This document shows, piece by piece, positions 37,778 through 49,600 of a DNA stretch of 64,000 nt (the stretch's first letter is position 1; each line of letters starts with the position of its first letter). This stretch comes from Camelus ferus (lineage: Eukaryota), in NCBI RefSeq assembly GCF_009834535.1, contig NC_045697.1:114082001-114146000 (forward strand), read 5' to 3'. Under the pieces are notes generated by a model, which did no database searches, had not been told where the DNA came from, and saw only the letters and a list, made by a program, of their open reading frames with translations. Made by a program: the position numbers and the translations under genes.

Positions 37778-38692
37778 TCTGTGCCCTTCTGGGGCCATCC
37801 TTCCCTGGTCCCAGCAGCAGCCGGAGCTCACTTCCCTCCGGGGAACCGGGAGGTACCCTCTCCCACAGCACGAGTCTGTTTGGAGCCTGAAAATGTCCGG
37901 AGCTGCGCCCACACTCGGTGTCACCGGCGGTGAGTGGCTCCAGCCCGCGCAGGCTGGGGCTTCTCTCCACTGTCTGGGCTCGTTCCCTCCAGGAAGGGGG
38001 TCCCTGGGGGTGTGTCTCTTTGGGGAGCTGAGCTGCTCTGTTTGCAGGCCTCCCATCTGGGAGTGGATGGAAGTTTTCAGTGACGCCTCCTCAGATGGGT
38101 TGTCTGTGTGACTGTAGCTTATTTGTTGTTTTGTTTTATGTGTCTGGTTTTGGGGTGAGCCACTCTGACTTGCACAAGATGGAAAATTCTGGCTGCTCTA
38201 TCCGGGCTCCTTCCCTTGCAAGGAGTGAGCCCTTCTGGGTCCGTCCTCTTTCAGGAGCTGGGCCCATCTGTTTAAAGATCTCCATCTGGGAGAGGAAGTG
38301 GAATTTTCAGGCTGCACCTCGCCTGAACTTTTGTTTGGGGGACCACGTTTGTTGTTTGTACATGCGTGTCAGTACTTGCAGGGGCCGCGGCTGAGACGTC
38401 TTTGACTAACAGGGCCCACGTGTGAGGACACCGGGGTGTCCCCCCTGTTGCACTGGCCTCATCGGTGGTGGAGCGTCGGCTGGGACTTCCCCTTTCTCTA
38501 GCCTCGGTCTTTCATTCAGCTCCATCTCTGATGGATATTGGTTGGGGTTCTCCCCTTTCAGATTGATGGGCCATTGGTTGGGTATGTCCCTTTTGGGGAT
38601 GAGGAACTGTGACCCTGAGAGACCACTTTGGATTGTTTGATTGATTGAAGTGTAGATAATCAGAACTGTGTTTCATCTTATATACAGTCCTC

Positions 38693-38815
38693 CTAGAGTG
38701 TAACTCGCAAAACTGGGGAATCTTCAGCTCTGCTCCCATAAATGAAAGAAAATGATGTTTTTATTGGAACACTGTGTGAGCTGAGTACTCCCTGAGACCT
38801 GGAGAACAATGACCC
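38693..38815 (+). pseudogene. gag: Decayed class I ERV gag matrix remnant
   Basis: Translates LECNSQNWGIFSSAPINERK*CFYWNTV*AEYSLRPGEQ*P, matching the gamma-like matrix pattern PLxCILxNW..F....KKxLxFxCNTxWPQYxL..GExWP. Confidence 0.7.
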
Positions 38816-41248
38816 TCAGTGCTCTGTTATTATATGAAAAGGGGCCTTTTGGAGTTTGGCTTTTATCGCGCGTGTATGTGTGTCTTGCTTCCTGAGTCCA
38901 AATCCTGTTCTCTTGTCTTTGTTTTGTTGAAAGTGAGGCACATGAATGTGAGAGATGATATCAATATTATTATCTACTATTATTATTTCTTTAAACTGAA
39001 GTGGATATTTGGGAACTGGAAGAAAAAAAAAATCCCTGAAATTAGCCAAGATGATTGAGTTCTGTACAAGCCATTAGAGGAGGAATTCGCATTTCTCTTT
39101 CTGTGCCTTTGACCTATAAATGATCTACCTGGGCTCTCAAGGAAAAAAAATTTTTTTAAACTCAAGGAGAAAAGTTGATCTCTACTTCTGTCTGTCTTTA
39201 CGTAAAAGCATGTAAAAGAGCTCATGTGATCTAGGAAATACTCAATACCAAATTAATATGGACATTAATGCTAGCTTAAGTTTGTTGGTATAATCAACAC
39301 CAAGACACATCTTTTATTACACCTGGGTTTACTGAAAGCCAATAGGTTTATGTTGTTTCTGTTCTGAGTTTGACAGAAGAAAAAAAAAAATTCAACTACC
39401 TTGGTATGACAAAGTTCTTGACAAAATTCTGACAAAATTCTTATAAGTCAATTAAATGCAAATAACATAAAATCTTTTGACTGAACTCTTTAGATATAAT
39501 TCTGTTTTAGTTAATGTCTACCTGAAAATGATCTCTCTAGATATTGGGTAACTTGAAATTTTAGAGTTGTGCTAACTTAAATTAAATGATGGAAGTTTAT
39601 TGAATAGCTAGGTGATTCCCCCCCAAAATAAGATATTGGAACATTATTTACTAAATATTGTCTTCCCTTTACTAAACTAAATGTGGTTAGGACTATTAGT
39701 AAATATGATATTTTCTATAAAAAGCACATGCTCATGGAAATTATTATTGGAACTTAAGTTTGCCAATCTACAGAATGCTAATGTAAAAGACAGTTTATAA
39801 TTGTTTACTTCTTGGTTTTCACTAGAAATTAAGGTTTTTAAGAGTTGTTAAATATATTTTAATTTAAATATATCATTAAAGCTACTAAAATGAATAAAGG
39901 CAACGTTTCACTACACAGTAAAAAAGTAGGATATATGTTTTGAATGAAAAGTATGAGGAATGGAATTGCATTTTGTTAAGGGAAAATTTTTAAAAAGGAA
40001 CCCCTGAAAAAGGAGTTTTGTGCATGATTGGGCTGAAATGAGATTAAATTTAAGTAGACAAATGGATTTTGCTATTAAAAGTAGACCAGTGCAGGACTAG
40101 ATTTGATTTCTCTCTGTTAAGAGAACAAGTTTACTTAGAACGCTTCTGATTACAGACTGTGTGAAATTTTTTGATGTTGTTGACAAACTTCCTATCAAAA
40201 TCTAATCAAAGTTCTTTTGACTTCAGCTAACTTTGGGATGCTTGAGAGGACCCCTGAGACATCTCAGAGGAAAATATTAAACTAAGTGGGATTGTTGGTA
40301 TGTTACATTACATGACATTGTCAAAGGAGTGATGAGTCTCCTCAGATTATACGATATGTATAAATGTTACTAAGATAGATGTTCTGGAAGTGATGTAAGG
40401 TTTTTGAAATTTAGATGCATCCTGGTATAATGCTGTCAGTCATAATTTCAGTTGTTATCTTACAAGGCTGTATGCCACAGCAACTTGATTAAGCTTGATT
40501 AAGTCAGAAACTTTGTAACCAGATCTTGAGCCTTGCCTTTTTAGGTTTTGTCACTCATAGGCAGTTAAGCTGATGTTTTGCAAAGCTGCTTCATCTTTAA
40601 TAAGATTGATAGAAAGGACTTTTTGACAAGTACGGGTTTCTTTTAAATCATACTGTTGAGCTGGATAAGATATTTTCAAAGTCTAATGAAAACTCTGATT
40701 TCACAAAACTTAACAAAAAGGATTGATTACAGAGGATTGAGTGAACTGGTGGATACAGTTATGATTTTTTTTTTTTTTTTAGTTTTGTCTGAAACATTAC
40801 TGGCTTTTAATCTATATTTTCTAATCGAATTTTTTATAAGATATTTGTCTTCCTATCAATATTGAAAGTCATTGTTTTATTTCCAACCACACTGTTGCCC
40901 CCAGTGTTTAGGCTAGAGAGAGAATTCTCTGGTGGAGCTGTCGCAGCACAACCTCTCACTGGTGCACAGCAGTGCCTGCTCTGTGTCTGTTGCTAAAAGC
41001 ACACGCACTACGCTTGTGTAACAATGGGGTGGAAGTGACGAAATGTATGGCCTGTAAAGTGTGTCCCCATTAACATGCCTCTGAGCCTGTTCACAACACC
41101 TGGCTAACTTTGCCTCCACGTGGATAAGTAGGCAAATAGAAAGGAGCCCCAGCACCGAGGGACATGCTCTGAACCTGGAGCGGGAGCCCTCACCCCAGCA
41201 ATGAGGGACTAATATTTTGATCATGAGTGCTTTTTCTACTTTGCAATC

Positions 41249-41259
41249 AAAAGGGGAAA
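41249..41259 (+). promoter_or_regulatory. Polypurine tract
   Basis: AAAAGGGGAAA immediately before TGATGGG. Confidence 0.7.
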
Positions 41260-41828
41260 TGATGGGAAAACCTGCACATACTGAGGTGTGGGGAAGTCGT
41301 TCTGGCTTATACATAGTTTAACTTAAACTTTGGCAACCAAAGTGGCCTGTTTTGTGGCCTGCAAGACATGTATTGCACACCTGCTTTGGCCTGGAGGAGG
41401 GGGATGCACTTGAAAGTCAAAGTGGAGTCGCTGTGGTTCAGACAGTCAAGGGAAAACTAGGTGGCCAGGGGGTGTGTGATGTCAGACACGTTCTTGTATC
41501 ATGGAGAACTCAAATTTTCTGAGCTGTGCCAGACTCGGGAGACCACCAACCATGCTCAAAGCAGTGCCAGCTGGCAGCTGCCACCTTACGACCTTAATGT
41601 CTCCTCTCGTACATCAACCAATCAGAGAACTGTGTATGAGCTGATCATACACCTGCCTTTAAACATGCTTTGCTGAAACCCTTCGGGGAGTTCAGGCTTT
41701 TCTTGGGTAGAAGCCATCCCATCCTCCTTGCTCAGCCCTGCAATCAACCTTTCTCTGCTCCACACTCTGATGTTTACGTTTGTTTAGCCTCACTGTGTGT
41801 CAGGCACACAAACTTGAGGTAGTTAATA
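41260..41828 (+). repeat. 3' LTR (about 569 bp) with U3 unlike the 5' LTR
   Basis: Starts TG after the polypurine tract; CCAAT box near 41618; CACCTGCCTTTAAA; polyA signal position reads AATCAA (41742-41747); ends GTTAATA. Confidence 0.75.
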
Positions 41829-42044
41829 TTAGCACAAACTATGTTACCCAGATATTAGTGTGAGCATTTTTTTTGTCTGTTATGTCTCCATGTTGTGTCT
41901 GTCTGTCTGTCATATCTGCTTGTTGTATTTGTCTCTTATATCTTCACATCGTTTAACAGATCAACAACTTACAAAGTTACTTTCTATAATTAAATTTTTT
42001 TCCCCTTTTCCTTAGGTCTGAGACCGTCCTCCTTTTTAACTTCC

Positions 42045-42200
42045 TCTCCTTAGGGTTCTTTTTTTTCCCCTTCCTTTAATTTCATTCCTTTCCCTTTTTC
42101 TTTTCCTTTCCTTCCCTTCTCTTTCTTTCTCTCCTTTCCTTTTCCTTTTTTTTTTTTTTTTTTGATTTTGTTTTTGATTGTTGTTAGTTTTTTTTTGTTG
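42045..42200. repeat. Polypyrimidine / T-rich low-complexity tract
   Basis: (TTTCC)-like and poly-T runs. Confidence 0.85.
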
Positions 42201-43066
42201 TTGAGGAAAGTATTGGTTTAGTTTAGTTGAGGGTATATGGAGACAGGATATTTGTCTCCTTTCTAGCTCAATAACCCTCAAGATTATTCAAAAGGAAATT
42301 TCATAAAGTGGACCTTCTTAACAGTACACGGCAATTATGTGTCCAGTATCCTTTAACAGCTGTGACCCTAGCCTGGAACATTTTGAGGTAGGTGTATCTA
42401 GTTGACTATCTCAGCTAAACTAAACTAAAACTAAAATGTTTACTTCAAATTCTTATATTTGAGTAATACTATAACATTGTATATCTATGAGTCACATTAA
42501 ATGGTCAACTTTGTGTGAAACTGTTTTTTACAAAAAATAAAAATTATGGAATGATTAAGGAAAACTTTAGTTTTAAAATAGCTCATTTGTGTCACTTGTA
42601 GAGAATCAATCATCTGTTGAGAAACTTGAAAACCTGAAATAAATACAAGAATGTTTGTGTAGGAAAAAATAGTTTTCTTATTCATTAAGTTACTTTCTTC
42701 AAGTTGTTATCAGACCATTCAGATATGAGTCAAAAGAGGACATCCTGGAACGTACTCTGTTTTATTGTGTTTTAATGATGTAATTCTTGCTTGATGTTTA
42801 GAGAGCAGTTTCTAGTGTTTCATCAATGACACTGAACTCATGAGGATTAGATGGTAACTTATTGTGTATAAATAATGACAAGCTGGCGGGGAGATAGAAA
42901 ATGAGTCAGTTTATCTTTCATTATTTTTATGTATAGAAGTTTAGCAGGTTTATTAGGGCTAACGTAGCTTGTCACTAAGTCCATCTTGTGCAAAATATTT
43001 CCACTGTAAGATCTAGATATTGATGCAGCCAAATAGAATCAGGATGGGAAAATAAGGAAGAGATTC

Positions 43067-43476
43067 TGTGTTAGTTTGCTGGGCTGTGTAACAAAAGACC
43101 ACAGACTAGGTTGCTTAAACAACAGAAATTTATTTTTTCAAAGTTCTGGAGGCTAGAAGTTCAAGATAAGGTGTCAGTAGGGTTGGCTCCTTTGGAAGGC
43201 CATGAGGGAAGGACCCCATCTAGGGATCTTTCCTTGGCTTGTGGATGGCCACCTCCTTGTGTCTTCACATTGGTGTCCCTTTGTCCATCACTGTGTCCAA
43301 ATATCCTTTTCTTCCAAGAATGCCAGTCATATCGGATAAGGGTTCACATAATGACCTCATTTTGACTTAATAACCTTTGGAAAGACCCTATCTTTAAATG
43401 AAATCACATTCTGAATATTAGGGCTCAGGACTTCAAAATATGAATCTTGTGGATGAAGACAATTCAGCGAATAACT
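43067..43476 (-). mobile_element. MLT1B-like MaLR solo LTR
   Basis: TGTGTTAGTTTGCTGGGCTG...CTTAAACAACAGAAATTTATT...AGTTCTGGAGGCTAGAAGTTCAAGAT...AATGACCTCATTTTGACTTAAT...ACAATTCAGC. Confidence 0.88.
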
Positions 43477-44788
43477 ACCTCTTTTAAAATATTTCCTTAA
43501 GTGCTTATGAAAATGTCTTCAAAAAGACTGCCTGAATAATGCATGTCGTGTTTCTTTTTATACTTAGCTACACAAGTGAGGAAGTTAGTGGAACCTGGAA
43601 TGGACAGCTAGAGATCAGCAAAACAAGGAGAGATCTTTTCCAACTGTAGAGCTGTAAGCCAAATGTCTGTATGAACCGGAATTTCAGTTTCCACAATCTC
43701 ATTCATCTGCTTAGCATGAATCAAAGAAAGTACATATGTTTTCTTGTTGTTGCTCCATGTTTCCTACTGCAGGATTTTATGGCAGCTCTGTTATCTCTGT
43801 GGCAATAAGAAAATTACACACATCCATTCACACATGCTCACACATGAAATAAGAAATACACATACACACATGTGTACTAAAATGTATTGAGTCCTAGGTG
43901 TGTTGCCCCTCATCTACCTGGTTACTCAATAATCCCTAAATTAATAAACTAAGTAGGTGGGAACATTATAAACTGTGGCAGATTATCTGTAATCTACCAG
44001 TAATTGGTCAAAAGAGAAACGTTTCCAAGGCAGCTAAGTCAAATTTCTAAATATACTTACCAGTAGAAAATGATAACCCTCATCATTTTTCCTTTCCTTA
44101 AATGCCTCCATCAGCATGGTCTGAAAAAGGGCCTGAGAACTGCTTTGTTCAATATTAAGCAGAATTAACACCTTCTGACACATTTAAATATTCTAAGGAG
44201 AGTAGGAAGCAAAAGAAAAAAAATAATAATGGCTTCTATAGTAGATATGTAGGTCACGTTCCTTCCAGATGTATTTCTGCTGGGCAGAGCCAATTCCTGT
44301 CTCAAGACAAATCCCACCTGGTCTTCCCTGAGACTCTGAGCTACCACCAACTTTGCTCTCAGAAAGGATGTTAAATGAATTATTAATTATATTGAATCTA
44401 AAAATGAGACAGCAGTCAATATTCGCCTCTTGTCTAGACCAGACAAAAATTCCATTTGCTCTTCCAAGGTGGAGTTACCAAAAGTCTTTGAGTCTTTCTT
44501 GGGCTCAGAATGAGATTGCTAGAAGATCTAACTCCCTGAAATAAACAAGGGTAGACTCACCCTCTACTTCAACAAAGTTAGAACACTCAGAAAAGTGTCT
44601 AGAGGGTGGGTCATGGGCTGAGACTCAATATATTTTTAAAAAGGGACCATGGATGTTGCATGGAAATTATGATCAAATAACAAAGGGAGTGGACCCAGTA
44701 GACATAGGAAGGATTCCCGTGTAATAAAAAAATTCAACTTTCGTGTGGATAACATGTGTTTTCAAAAAATATGCAGAACAATTAATGT

Positions 44789-44889
44789 AGGAGGATGGGT
44801 CTAACTCAGTGGCAGAGTGCATGCTCAGCAAGCATGAGGTCCCAGGTTCAATCCCCAGTACCTCCATTAAAAAAAAAAATTAAAAAAAC
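44789..44889 (+). mobile_element. Vic-1-type SINE (short form)
   Basis: CTCAGTGGCAGAGTGCATGCTCAGCAAGCATGAGGTCCCAGGTTCAATCCCCAGTACCTCCATTAAAA. Confidence 0.9.
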
Positions 44890-44947
44890 TTTGTCAATGC
44901 TTACCAGTAATCAGTTCTTCTTTAGCTGTGATAATGTTTTCGAAGAT

Positions 44948-45040
44948 TTTTTTTTTAAGGGGAGGTAATTAGGTTTGTTTGTTTGTTTGTTGACTCATTT
45001 ATGATGGAGGTACTGGGGATTGAACCCTCCCCCCAACCCC
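44948..45040 (-). mobile_element. Vic-1-type SINE with internal deletion
   Basis: Reverse complement reads GGGGGAGGGTTCAATCCCCAGTACCTCCAT...(CAAA)n CCTAATTACCTCCCCTTAAAA. Confidence 0.85.
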
Positions 45041-47169
45041 TGAGAAGATATCTTAACAGTTTTATATCAACTCTCAGTGTTTTCTCATTAATTAAATAAG
45101 CGTTATCCAGCTCTAAAATAAAATGAAGCAACATAACGATGAACCACTAAGTAAGGAGGGTCTTATTTGTTATAAAAAATTATCCTACTTTTCCAGGAGC
45201 TCAGGAAAAAAATCCTCAAGAATTGTGACCATATGTGTTATAAAATTAGGAAGTGTTTGGTTCCAAAATGTAACTGTTATAACTAGAAGTCAGAAATCCT
45301 GTTTCACAAATTTCTCTGTCATGTTGCGTCCTAGAAGGCAAACACAGGAAGCCATTAATATTTATAGGCTGAGAATGAGGCAAACATTATAAATTAAATA
45401 TTACCTGATTTCATAGAAGAGCACAGTAAATGGACCAAAAACCTGGCAGATGATTTCCTGTGGTAACAGAAAAAGAAAGACCACAGGGGGTCTTTAAAAT
45501 AGTTAACCTTTGATGTTATTAAATCTCCCTCTTTGCTGCATGCAAGAACCTGAGATTCCCCGAGGTAAATAATAAATAACTAAGCTACTCCTTAGGCTTT
45601 GAGCTAAAATTTTATATTCTTTAATTCCTTGCAACGTAGCCTGACTGTGCTGTGTGGTTTTGAAAGAAAAACCATAACAATCTACATGTACATTGTAAAC
45701 CACATTTAAGGAGCTGCTGCAAAGCTCTGTAGAATCTAATAAAGAATTTGATAAATTGGTTGTTAATTAAATAATCAGAAACCAATATCAGTGTGCTGGA
45801 GTGTGAAGATGTCATTTTCTGCTAGAGGTGAAACCTGACTTGAAATTTTCCACCTCAGTCAGATGACTGCCAATCCAGAACATACTCTCAGAGACGGTCT
45901 TCAAATAACAATAAAAGCCACCTTCAATGCAGTATTTTTATTTACAACTATTTCGCGGTCACGTTAGAATTCAATAGGGGCACGGATCACTGCAAATGTA
46001 AATAGTTAATATGTAATATTCATAATGCTTAAATGAAAATAGATAAAAAAAAGGATATTACTTAAAATTACTCTATATTATCTTCTCTGAAATCCTTTGT
46101 CCCAGTAATACAAATCTGTATAAAATTCATAATTTCTGGAGATATCTTGCTAAATGCAAGTACTCTCATAAGATCACTATTACATCCAATTTCCCAAGTG
46201 TTTTGGTCGGTTCGGAAATGATTTAAATCACCACTCAGTGTATTTTACAATTAGACGCGTGTCAGGCGCGAACAGGGAAAATGCCTTTTCAATGTGTTCA
46301 ACATAGCATAGTATCAATTAATACTTAGACAAGGCCATTCATTGTTAATAATATGTATGCACATTATGTTAAAAACAACAATAGTTGGACAGATTTTTAT
46401 AAAAAAATAAATCTAAGGAACTCTCTACCAAAAGACATCAATCTCTCACCAAAGGTCAGGCATTAGAAATGGCCAGTTCATAGAAGACTGTGGTTTAAAT
46501 AAGTCCCATTGTTTGTTACGATTTTCTTTATATGAGTGTTCAAGCATATATCATAATTTGTTACTTTCACTCTGTTTGAGTCTTTTTAAATTGGAAATAT
46601 ATTAGAGGGGGATTAAATTATCTAAGAAGACACCAAGACGACTGCAATATTTCAGTTTTGCATGCATTACGTGCAATAAATAACCCTACAATTGAGGCAG
46701 ATAGCTATGAATGCCTTAACTGTTTCCACTTCTGAAAATTCAAAACCATCTTCTTAAAACTACCCTTCTTAGAAGCATATACAGTAGGTAGGGGATTTTA
46801 AAACCTGTATCATGTTGACAAAGAATATTTTTGTGGATTGCGGGTGACTGGAAACTTGCTAGAACAAGGGGAGATATTCTATTTCACAGTTATTTAAAAT
46901 TCAATTACAAGGAAGTTCAAGGAAAAAGATAACAGAAACACTCATGTATTCAGGTGTTCTGCATAACATGTTACTTGAATAATTTCATTTAAATTGACAG
47001 CAAATCTGTAGGATAGTTACTGTGTTCCCCAGTAGTGGTAAATTGGGGCTTAACAAAATACAGCTCACATAGCAAGTGGCTTGGCTGGAATTCAAACTTA
47101 GTTCTAACCCCAAAGCATAAGCCACCCCTTTCATAATAAGACTTACCTCCTGAAATACAGCTTACACCA

Positions 47170-47202
47170 ACACACACACACACACACACGCACACACACA
47201 CA
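47170..47202. repeat. (CA)n microsatellite
   Basis: Direct reading; a second mixed CA/TA/TG tract lies at 47325-47398. Confidence 0.9.
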
Positions 47203-49124
47203 TTTGTTTCCTCCCTTAAAATATCCTTATAAATTAAAATACTCCTTCACTGGGTTCTAAACATATATGCAAATAGTATTTCAAATAATTATTTGTAAAT
47301 AGCAATTACCAATGCTTATTAATTACACACACACACAGAGACATATATGCATATGTGTGTGTGTATATATACATATATATATACATGTATATATACACTT
47401 ATGAAAATATATACTACTGTTACTGGCAAGACTCCATTTTTAGAGGAATAGTCATTTTGTCCATAATTGTAATAATAGGGGGCTCGTTGGGAGAAAGGAA
47501 AATGGATCCTGAACTCAAAATCACAAATCCGGCACATAAAACTTTTACATCAATTTTCCTTAACTGGGAAATGAATGTGTTTAAATGATAGTCCTTCAAG
47601 TGCCTTGGGAAATAAAAGTTCTTTAGTTCTATGAACATGCCTGAAAATTGCACTTAGTGATTACCTAAATAGTGGTTTAAAGAGTGTTAAAGACTCAGTT
47701 AATAAGCTGTCTCAGTGACAAAATTGAATTTAATTCATGGTGCCTGCCTCAGAGGAGCTCAAAGGACGGGGTATCAACTTATGAAAATTAAATGACAGAT
47801 AATCAACAGTAAAGGTAATCATAGAAAATGCTATTATACAATGCCTGCAATTCCATTTTCAAAGAGCAGGATGGACAATTACTCCTCTGAGTTCACAGGA
47901 ATGTACAAAATTAGCGTGTTCTGGAGTGTTCCGGCAGAGGGAAGGAGATATGTTATATTTCAGTAAGGGAGCAGTCTTGGCTAGATTAGCAAGCCGAAAA
48001 TGTGTTCTAATTTATAGAAAAATAGTTACACAACAAGAGCAATGCTAGGTTCTGAGGTGACATATTTAAACAGTAAGCTGAACTCTTTTCATGGAGCTTC
48101 CAATCTATTTGGGAATATTTACATAAATCATCAAATTTTATTCTGTAATTTTCTTAGATTAATCTTTTCAAATTTAATATTGTATTTACTATTATAAAAG
48201 GTTTTATATTTGAAAGTAGGGTACACAGAAAAGTACATGGCTTATTAGATTTTACTCATTTTTTATTATTTTGTGAGCGGGACATTTTTCAAAAAATGAA
48301 AAGATTCTGTTGCAATAAATACACATTATATGATAATGTATTTGTAATAACATAGTGATCACATATCACTATATTTATCATAAGTAAAGTGTATATTAAA
48401 CTAGTTAGCAGTTTATTTGTTTAAAGTTATGTGAGTTTACCTAATTTGAGCAATCAAATTCTACAATGACTATATCCATTTTATGAATTTTAAAAAGTAT
48501 TGTGGTGAAATTAGGTCATGTACTAGTGATCAGGACCAGGATACAATTGCTAATTGAGGTTGGGGGAAGGTCAACTTTTTTTTAAAATTAATATTCAGGG
48601 ACTAACTGGGTTTTACAATTTTTAAAAAACTGTGTAACATCATACCTTTAACTTTGGAGACACTGACATTGTTCTGTTCTGTGGAGAAATTTGTCACTAA
48701 CTGTTGTTTTTTGGAATGAAATCATAGTTTCCTGGATTAAGAGAATTTCAGTTTATATGAAATGATGTCTCATCAATAAAGACCCTGAATTAAAGATTAA
48801 ATATTTCAAGGTGAAGCACAGTACATATTACTTATTTGCTCATTACCTCTTTGGGGGCAAGTATTCCAGTTGTTAGTAACTAAGCAGCGGTATCATTTAA
48901 AATTGAAAACCCTATTATAACCAGAGTTATCCCTCTGCTTTCCTTTATGACAATAAAAAATAGAACAAATTAAAAATACATGATCAAAAGAGTGTGCATC
49001 AGAAATCTGCACCAGATCCTTATATTTAATGAGATATATGTCGAACGACAATTTAAATTTAAACGTTTTCGTATTCACTTGAAAATGAACTCACTACGCT
49101 CCCTGACTTATTTTCTGTGTGACT

Positions 49125-49600
49125 TGTCGACTGAAATAAATGCACAGCTTAAAAGTTGAGAGTTATGTTTTATTTGGAGGGAGGACTCGAGCTGGGATGA
49201 CAGCCTCTCAGATGGCTCTGAGGGACTGCTCCGAAGAGGTAGGGAGGAGCTAGGATACATAGGAGCTTTACAACAAAGACCAGGTAGTTGGAACATTAAA
49301 AGATTACTTGTTAACTAAGAAAATCAGACATCTCAAGTTGAAGAATTTAGTGCTTTTCTATGTATAGGAGAGAGCAAACATTTGGGCTCATTGAATTCAT
49401 CCCTTTGACAAGCACCTAGCCATCTAGGGCCAGTACCCTGTCCTTTCTTATTCTGAGTCCCCTCAGAGGGCACCACTGGGAGTGGCTGCAGAGGCCAGGC
49501 TGCAGGCTTGTCTTCACTCGGGGGTGCTGGCAGCCTAGATGACTTGATGGCTTCAGCATTCTTTGTTTACTGATGTGGTTTGCAGTATTTTTCTTTCACA
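49125..49600 (-). mobile_element. Solo ERV1-class LTR, MER41-like (476 bp)
   Basis: TGTCGAC...TTCACA termini; perfect TSD GACT at 49121-49124 and 49601-49604; TTTATT near 49170 gives AATAAA on the minus strand. Confidence 0.88.

Larger units (their letters stand above)
37285..41828 (+). mobile_element. Non-autonomous class I (ERV1, MER4-group-like) provirus, 4.5 kb
   Basis: Order is LTR, primer binding site, GC-rich leader, gag matrix remnant, AT-rich interior, polypurine tract, LTR; flanked by TTAG at 37281-37284 and 41829-41832. Confidence 0.85.

Noticed and set aside
37523..38056. 177-aa minus ORF and overlapping ORFs in the ERV LTR and leader
   Set aside because: GC-rich, stop-poor sequence with no recognisable protein similarity.
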